Assembly: GCA_050253335.1 (NCBI GenBank)
Contig: JBFWJG010000029.1
Span: forward strand, 1-32,547
DNA length: 32,547 nt
Direction of reading: 5' to 3'
Origin: Deferribacterales bacterium
GTDB lineage: Bacteria > Chrysiogenota > Deferribacteres > Deferribacterales > Geovibrionaceae
The notes beneath the pieces were generated by a model. The model did not search any database. It had not been told where the DNA came from and worked only from the letters and a program-made list of their open reading frames with translations. Shown in pieces: positions 27,081-32,547 of this stretch (positions within the stretch are counted from its first letter, which is position 1; each line of letters begins with the position of its first letter). A program made the translations under genes and the position numbers.

Positions 27081-28643
27081 TCAGCCCCGGAGTTTTATAA
27101 TAAACGAAGCGCCTTCGGAAACCTTTTCGGCCTCTGCCGTGCCGCCGAAGCACTGTTCTGCTATGTCGGCTGCCATATAAAGTCCGAGACCTCTGCCTGA
27201 GCCGCACCCCTTGGTTGAGAAATAGGGTTCGAACAGCCTGCTGAAGTCATCGTTTTTTATGCCCGTTCCGTTGTCGGCAATTCTAATACAGTAATACCCT
27301 TCCGTGCGGAAATATTCAATATCCACATGATATAAAATCTTTTTTTCATGCTGCTTTCTTTCAAGGACAGACTCCACCGCGTTTGTGATAAAGAATGAAA
27401 CAAGATGGCGGAACTCGCTGAGATCGCCCTTAACGCGCATCAGCTTTCCGTCCAGACAGCCGAAACTGCATGAGGCAAACTTTCTGCATTCATACACAGG
27501 CCCCGCGAGACTGAGATTTTCGGCCGGCGTTTTATCTATGCCCCGTCTTATCGTCATCCTTATGTCGTTCTCCCTGAGGTAGGGCTCGTATATCCTTGCC
27601 ACATCCACCAAGGCCTCACAGAGATCGAAAATTTCCGTCTTTTCCGCATGGGTGAAAACCTTTGAAAAATTGTCTATGGTTCCGGAAAGTCTTACGACCG
27701 AGGCGAGGGTTTCCTCCACAAGTTCGTTATCCTCGCGGGTGAGCGGATATGAGTCCTGAAGATGCTGAACCGTGGCGCAGAAGGAGTTCATGGGCTGGCG
27801 CCAGTGGTGGGCTATGGAGCGGAGGATCTCTGTCATGTTGTTCAGTCTGGTCTGCTTAGCGGCAACGGCCTCGCTCTCTTCCCTCTTTTTTATCTCGATA
27901 TTCAGCGCCTCAACCTTTTCCGCCAGAGCGGTATCAGCCTTCTCAAGCTTTCTCTGCAAAAGGTAGATGGCTCCCACAGCCAGAACCCCGAAAAAAAACA
28001 TCAGGGACGCGGTCCAGATATTCTTCCCGATCTGCTCCCTGCGCAGAATATCGAGATTCCTCACTATGGTGAGCGCACCGAGGATATCCCCTGTGACGTA
28101 TCCTTCGTGGCAGTGCATACATTCCGCCTGAACAACCATCGGAGCGGCGTAGCGGATATAGTATGAGCCGTTCTCCTCAGTCCACATATGGAATTCCCTG
28201 CGCCCCTTTTCAAAGCTTGCAATTGCCTCTGCCTCCCAGGGCACAGTGGCATTTTCCGGCCTGAGCGGTTTTATTCCGGTAAGCTTCACCCTGATATTGG
28301 TCTGCTGATTGATAATTTCGCCTATCTGTCTTGTCATGTACGCAGGGTTGACCATGGTGAGGAGCTCCCCTTTTTCCGTGCGGACATCCCTGTTTGGAAC
28401 ATCAAGATACGGGTTCGGCGGGCAGACATCGCTGACCGGGGCATACACCCACCCGAGCACGGCGTTCCATTGTCTGGTTGCAATCAGGATATCGTAAATC
28501 TGCTTTGTCTGGCTGAGAGCGGTATTCTTAAAAGCGGTTCTCCCCCTGTACAGTTCAAACACTGAGACAGACACCGCAAAAAAAGCTATAAAAATAACCG
28601 GAATAAGGTATTTCAGTTTCATATTCAAACCCTTGCCGAACAT
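27081..28643 (-). CDS. Sensor histidine kinase with periplasmic heme-c-binding DUF3365/Tll0287-like domain (start may be 28622)
   Basis: PNPYL..NPAYMTRQ..P.RPEN..WE..CMHCH..G periplasmic module, H-box IAHHWRQPM, ADNGTG, FEPYFSTK, GRGLGL. Confidence 0.88.
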   Translation of the reverse strand: MFGKGLNMKLKYLIPVIFIAFFAVSVSVFELYRGRTAFKNTALSQTKQIYDILIATRQWNAVLGWVYAPVSDVCPPNPYLDVPNRDVRTEKGELLTMVNPAYMTRQIGEIINQQTNIRVKLTGIKPLRPENATVPWEAEAIASFEKGRREFHMWTEENGSYYIRYAAPMVVQAECMHCHEGYVTGDILGALTIVRNLDILRREQIGKNIWTASLMFFFGVLAVGAIYLLQRKLEKADTALAEKVEALNIEIKKREESEAVAAKQTRLNNMTEILRSIAHHWRQPMNSFCATVQHLQDSYPLTREDNELVEETLASVVRLSGTIDNFSKVFTHAEKTEIFDLCEALVDVARIYEPYLRENDIRMTIRRGIDKTPAENLSLAGPVYECRKFASCSFGCLDGKLMRVKGDLSEFRHLVSFFITNAVESVLERKQHEKKILYHVDIEYFRTEGYYCIRIADNGTGIKNDDFSRLFEPYFSTKGCGSGRGLGLYMAADIAEQCFGGTAEAEKVSEGASFIIKLRG

Positions 28644-28689
28644 ATTTTCAAACTCTGCCGGAGGAGCTTTCAGAATTATTCAGACAGTT

Positions 28690-30060
28690 TCAGGCACGGC
28701 AGACTTTGTCTCTGCCGGAGTTTTTGGCCATGTACAGAGCATTGTCGGCACGAAGAAGAAGAGTATCCGGCGTATCGGATTCATTTGCCTGAGCCACGCC
28801 GAGGCTCACTGTTATCTGCCTTTTGTTCCTGACGGGAAGAGACCTGACCGAATTCCTTATCCTTTCTGCGAGAACAGCCGCCTCCTCCGCTGCGGTTTCA
28901 GTGCAGAGAACAAGAAACTCCTCGCCGCCCCATCGGCCGCATATATCGGAATTGCGCACTGTCTCCCTCAGGGCACAGGCGATTTCCCCGAGCACCCTAT
29001 CCCCTTCCAGATGCCCCAGATTGTCGTTTACTTCCTTAAAATGGTCTACATCAAACATTATAACAGAAAACGGACGGCTGTACCTCTTTGAACGATCAAG
29101 TTCCGCACAGAATTTGGAATCTATCATTGTCCTGTTATAAAGCCCTGTCAGGAGGTCTTTCTGCGAAGCCCTTTCAAGCTTTCTGTTGAGTTTGCGGAGC
29201 TGCATATTCCATTTTATAAAAATTATCAGAAGAACGGAAGCGGCGGCAAAAATCTGAAGCAGAAGGCGGTAGTTTGCCGGAGTCTGCACGTTTATGGACA
29301 CATGGCGGTTGATAATCTGCTCGCGCTCGGCATTTGTTATTTCGGCTATGCCTTTGTTGAGTATGTCCCGCAGCACGGGCTTGTCCTTCGCAATGCCGAT
29401 GCGGAGATAGTTTTTATACCCCGGAAGTCTGCCGGATATTTTCAGGTTGAAGAGCCCCTGTTTTTTTATGGTGTATGCCGCCATAATGAGAGAGCGCATT
29501 GTCATATCCGCCTTGCGGTCGGAGACCATGTTGAAGGCGCCGATCTCAGAATCGGTGAGGATTATTTTCAGATTAGGGTAATCCCTGCGGATAAGCTCCT
29601 CCATCGCTGTTCCCTTAGGGAAAACTATGGTTTCATCAGGCAGGTCGGCAGGGTCTGCTATGAAGGAATGCTCCTCGCGGGTTACAAAAACATTGGAATC
29701 TGTGAAGTGAGGCTCTGTGAATATAAGCCACTCCTCCCGCTGAGGGGTGCTGTTCAGAAAGCTGAGCGCATCGCATCCGCCGCTTTTTGAGAGGGCAAGG
29801 CTCTCATCCCAGTCTTTCGTTGGGACAAGGACAAACTTTATGCCTGTGCGGCTGCTTATAAGCGCAAGGAGATCCGCCGCTATGCCCTCATGTTTCCCTT
29901 CCTCGCTTATCCGCTCGAAAGGAACCCAGTCAGGATCAACACAAAGACGCACTTCGGGATTGTTTTTTATGTACTCCTTTTCCGCAGAGGTAAATTCCAA
30001 GGCGAAAGCAGGGGAGCAGACTGACAGAAGGAGGAGCAACAGCAGGAATCTTTTAAACAC
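28690..30060 (-). CDS. Diguanylate cyclase with periplasmic solute-binding (PBPb/SBP_bac_3) sensor (start reassigned to GTG 30060)
   Basis: Signal peptide (..SPAFA), DPDWVPFE..G.H.GIAAD binding domain, TM, KDLLTGLYNR, RWGGEEF; GAGG 5 nt before the GTG. Confidence 0.88.
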   Translation of the reverse strand: MFKRFLLLLLLLSVCSPAFALEFTSAEKEYIKNNPEVRLCVDPDWVPFERISEEGKHEGIAADLLALISSRTGIKFVLVPTKDWDESLALSKSGGCDALSFLNSTPQREEWLIFTEPHFTDSNVFVTREEHSFIADPADLPDETIVFPKGTAMEELIRRDYPNLKIILTDSEIGAFNMVSDRKADMTMRSLIMAAYTIKKQGLFNLKISGRLPGYKNYLRIGIAKDKPVLRDILNKGIAEITNAEREQIINRHVSINVQTPANYRLLLQIFAAASVLLIIFIKWNMQLRKLNRKLERASQKDLLTGLYNRTMIDSKFCAELDRSKRYSRPFSVIMFDVDHFKEVNDNLGHLEGDRVLGEIACALRETVRNSDICGRWGGEEFLVLCTETAAEEAAVLAERIRNSVRSLPVRNKRQITVSLGVAQANESDTPDTLLLRADNALYMAKNSGRDKVCRA

Positions 30061-30218
30061 AGCGGCCTCGGCAATGAACTGCGCCGACAGAAAAATTCGG
30101 ACGGCGTAAGTCTTGTATATGGTTAAAAAATACACCGCTTATGCATTCTTGTCAATCAGGGCTGGGGGATTGGGGGGTAAAGATTAAAGTTATTGAGACA
30201 CAGAGGCGACAGACAGTT

Positions 30219-30536
30219 CTAACCCTGTCCGCTTTGCAGTCTTTTAAATATTTCTTTATATACTTCTAAATTTTCTCTCTTCCCTATGCCGACAACAAAC
30301 ACCAGAAGCTCATAATCTATTACCTGATAGACGATTCTGACCTGCTTTTTATGGACATAGAGCTTATAACAGCCGTTCAGATCAATTCCTGCCTTGCTTC
30401 CCAGTGATTCGCCTTTGAAAGGATTGCTCCGAAGAGCCTGAAGCTGTTTAACCACAAGTTTCTTTATGCTGCCATCAAGTCTTTCTATATCCTCAACAGC
30501 TTTTTCAGAAAGAGAAACATTGTACGAGCTACTCAT
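30219..30536 (-). CDS. Type II toxin, RelE/ParE (RelE/StbE) family
   Basis: YNVSLSEKAVEDIERLD..NP..G..L..CYKL..RIVYQV..V.VVGIGKR..VY pattern; overlaps the antitoxin stop. Confidence 0.88.
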   Translation of the reverse strand: MSSSYNVSLSEKAVEDIERLDGSIKKLVVKQLQALRSNPFKGESLGSKAGIDLNGCYKLYVHKKQVRIVYQVIDYELLVFVVGIGKRENLEVYKEIFKRLQSGQG

Positions 30537-30813
30537 CTTCTAAGCCCAGTCTTTTCAGTGCCTCATCCAAAGGAACCTTTTTCGAATTTTTTCTTTCTTC
30601 AATAAGCTGAGCTATTTCAACATGTTCTGCCAAGTCCATGACAGACTTCATAAGTTCGTATTCCTGTACAGGAAGTACAATCATCTCTGGATTATTGTTT
30701 CTCAGCACCACAACGCGGTTTTTATCTCTGAGGAGCTCTGCGACTTTATTCATATTTCTTGAAAAGCTGCTGGCACTCATCATTTCATTAAGCTCATACT
30801 TTACACCATACAT
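30529..30813 (-). CDS. Type II antitoxin, Phd/YefM family (start reassigned to MYGVKY)
   Basis: SASSFSRN..VVVLRNNNPEMIVLPVQEYE Phd pattern; GAGGTG RBS before ATG 30813. Confidence 0.85.
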   Translation of the reverse strand: MYGVKYELNEMMSASSFSRNMNKVAELLRDKNRVVVLRNNNPEMIVLPVQEYELMKSVMDLAEHVEIAQLIEERKNSKKVPLDEALKRLGLEDE

Positions 30814-30834
30814 GCTACACCTCTCACAGACAAT

Positions 30835-30872
30835 ATTACGCATAATTATACGTAATTCAATGTAAATATCAA
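30835..30872 (-). promoter_or_regulatory. Sigma70-like TA promoter with a palindromic operator overlapping the -10 element
   Basis: Minus strand TTGATA-N16-TATAAT; near-perfect palindrome ATTACGCATAATTATACGTAAT at 30835-30856. Confidence 0.7.
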
Positions 30873-30930
30873 TTTAACAATTTCTTTTTATTCAGTTGGA
30901 GAAAATCACAAACTCAATTTCTAATATAGC

Positions 30931-31350
30931 ATGAAAGAAATCGAACTCATAATCAGCAGCCTGATAGTTATAGCAGGCTGGATATTCAACGGTTGGTGGT
31001 CATCTAAAAGAGCTGTTCAGGATGATAAAAGAAAAATAATTACAAGCCATTTAATTGATGCTTATAGAATATTAAACAATGAAGTCGCACACAGAAAATC
31101 AACTGAAGAACGTAATAAGAAGCTTGAAAGCCTCATTGGAGCAATTCAACTATTTGGAAATGAAGAACAAGTTGAGTTAGCTAAAAAGCTTGCATATGAT
31201 ATAGCCAAAGGCGGTACTTTTGAGCTTGACCCCTTGATCAACTCTTTAAAAGACAGCCTTAGAAAATCACTCAACTTAAAACACATTCAAGGCAATGTCA
31301 CATTGGTTCGCTTTAATGACAATGATGTTAATAAAAGAAATCAAGACTAA
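30931..31350 (+). CDS. AT-rich hypothetical protein with an N-terminal TM helix
   Basis: 139-aa ORF with hydrophobic N-terminus (LIISSLIVIAGWIF); composition visibly more AT-rich than flanking genes; no obvious RBS. Confidence 0.65.
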   Translation: MKEIELIISSLIVIAGWIFNGWWSSKRAVQDDKRKIITSHLIDAYRILNNEVAHRKSTEERNKKLESLIGAIQLFGNEEQVELAKKLAYDIAKGGTFELDPLINSLKDSLRKSLNLKHIQGNVTLVRFNDNDVNKRNQD

Positions 31351-31392
31351 TGCCAATAATTACAATTATAAAAAATCAAGTCTTTTAAAAAG

Positions 31393-31477
31393 TGCCCGAA
31401 GCCGGAATTGAACCGGCACAGAATTAAATTCCGAGGGATTTTAAGTCCCTTGCGTCTACCTATTCCGCCATTCGGGC
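31393..31477 (-). tRNA. tRNA-Leu(TAA), 85 nt, CCA not encoded
   Basis: Minus strand GCCCGAA..TGGCGGAATAGGTAGACGCA, anticodon arm AGGGA-CTTAAAA-TCCCT, long variable arm, T-arm GCCGG-TTCAATT-CCGGC, acceptor TTCGGGC-A. Confidence 0.96.
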
Positions 31478-31533
31478 TAAACCTTATAGAATCGGTTTAG
31501 TTTTATATGCTGAATTGTATTGTGTGTCAATTA

Positions 31534-31662
31534 CCAACGGAAATTTATCATCCATGAAAATTTACGTACACGCTCGCGGCAGGGAGAAGCCTGCCTACGC
31601 TACGCACGGCGCAACCCCATCCATGGGGTTGTTCAAACATATATCCAACGGAAATTTATCAT
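31534..31662 (+). repeat. Full family A copy plus the 18-bp start of a second copy
   Basis: GTACACGCTCGCGGCAGG-GAGAAG-CCTGCCTACGCTACGCACGGCGCAACCCC-ATCCAT-GGGGTTG; CCAACGGAAATTTATCAT at both 31534 and 31645. Confidence 0.85.
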
Positions 31663-31666
31663 TCAC

Positions 31667-31699
31667 AAAAAAAAGGGGAACCGGAAATCCGGCTCCCCT
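31667..31699 (-). terminator. Rho-independent terminator of the aminotransferase gene
   Basis: Minus strand AGGGGAGCCGG-ATTT-CCGGTTCCCC followed by T8. Confidence 0.85.
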
Positions 31700-31725
31700 C
31701 TGGAAGTTTTCTTAAAAAAGTCCGC

Positions 31726-32547
31726 TTACTTCGCGGCGAGTTCTTTGCATGCCTGATAGATGCATTTGAAGAGCTCTTCGCTGTCGCCGACCTCAACACA
31801 TGAGAAAGCGATGCGCAGGTCTGTCTTGCTTGTGGAGATAGTGCCTATGCCGTATTTATCCAGCAGGTGAATGCGGAGTTCCTCAGCGTCCACAGTGTTC
31901 AGCTTGAGGCACATAAAGTAGCCTGAGTTGAAGGGGTAGTAAGTAAACTGGTCTGTGAATTCGCCTCTGCCCAGTATTTCTTTAAATTTAAGCGCTCTTT
32001 CTTTGAGCACCTCGAATTTCTGTTTTCTCTGTTTCTCGAAGTCGGGGTGTTCCAGAGACTTGAGAACAAGAGTCTGCGAGGGGTGGGGGCAGTTGGAGAT
32101 TGTTCCCCTGATGAGGCCTGTAACCTTTTTCTCGATAGCGGCAAACATTTTGGATTCGTCCGCGCTGCTTGTGGCACCGAAGGTGATGAAGCCCACGCGG
32201 AAGCCCCATACGAACTCCTCTTTAGTTGCTCCGTCAAGTTTGACGGGGAGAAGGTTTTTGCTTCTGCCCACAAGCTGGCCGTAGATAGATTCTGTTATGC
32301 TGTCCTCATAGAAAAGCGTGAAGTAAGCATCGTCAGTAACCACGACAAGCTTGATCCCTTTCTCGGCGATGGCGGTGAGGCCATCGGCTATTGCTTTCGC
32401 CTCAGCGGGCACGGGTGTGTAGCCTGAGGGGTTGTTGGGGAAGTTGAGGATAACAACAGCCTTCCCTTTTATTTTGCCGCACTCCTCAACCTTGGAAAGC
32501 AGAGCCTGAACATTGAATCCGCCTTTCTCGGTGAAGGTTTCGTAAGT
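31726..32547 (-). CDS. PLP-dependent aminotransferase class I/II, 5'-truncated by the window edge
   Basis: Frame is open to the window end. ILNFPNNPSGYTP, DDAY, KLDGATKE..WGFRVG (PLP Lys) and LRIAFS motifs. Confidence 0.9.
   Translation of the reverse strand, partial: TYETFTEKGGFNVQALLSKVEECGKIKGKAVVILNFPNNPSGYTPVPAEAKAIADGLTAIAEKGIKLVVVTDDAYFTLFYEDSITESIYGQLVGRSKNLLPVKLDGATKEEFVWGFRVGFITFGATSSADESKMFAAIEKKVTGLIRGTISNCPHPSQTLVLKSLEHPDFEKQRKQKFEVLKERALKFKEILGRGEFTDQFTYYPFNSGYFMCLKLNTVDAEELRIHLLDKYGIGTISTSKTDLRIAFSCVEVGDSEELFKCIYQACKELAAK

Noticed and set aside
30140..31477. Intact prophage or integrative element at tRNA-Leu
   Set aside because: No integrase, phage genes or visible att duplication within the window.

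Overview
Bacterial chromosomal window of moderate GC. The napMADGH arrangement and gene style suggest Deferribacterales (Geovibrio/Denitrovibrio-like); this is an inference. From left to right it holds: REP-like repeat arrays; a DtxR/MntR-family regulator; a large lipoprotein; a Cache hybrid histidine kinase; a secreted D-Ala-D-Ala dipeptidase; a GAF-PAS kinase; an olsB/olsA-like acyltransferase pair divergent from a PHP-GT4 glycosyltransferase fusion and a radical SAM gene, with four 11-bp-phased Pho-box-like repeats between them; an EctR/CosR-like MarR regulator; an OpuA/ProU glycine betaine ABC transporter interrupted by palindromic repeat arrays; a periplasmic nitrate reductase operon napMADGH; two diguanylate cyclases and a heme-c sensor kinase; an AT-rich islet (Phd-RelE toxin-antitoxin and an orphan gene) at the 3' end of tRNA-Leu(TAA); and a partial class I/II aminotransferase. 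Two observations stand out: (1) a probable phosphate-starvation membrane-lipid remodelling cluster with an unusual PHP-GT4 fusion and a radical SAM enzyme, and (2) a dispersed three-hairpin repeat family (7 full or partial copies at 4 loci) with conserved linkers, covarying stems and local duplications.
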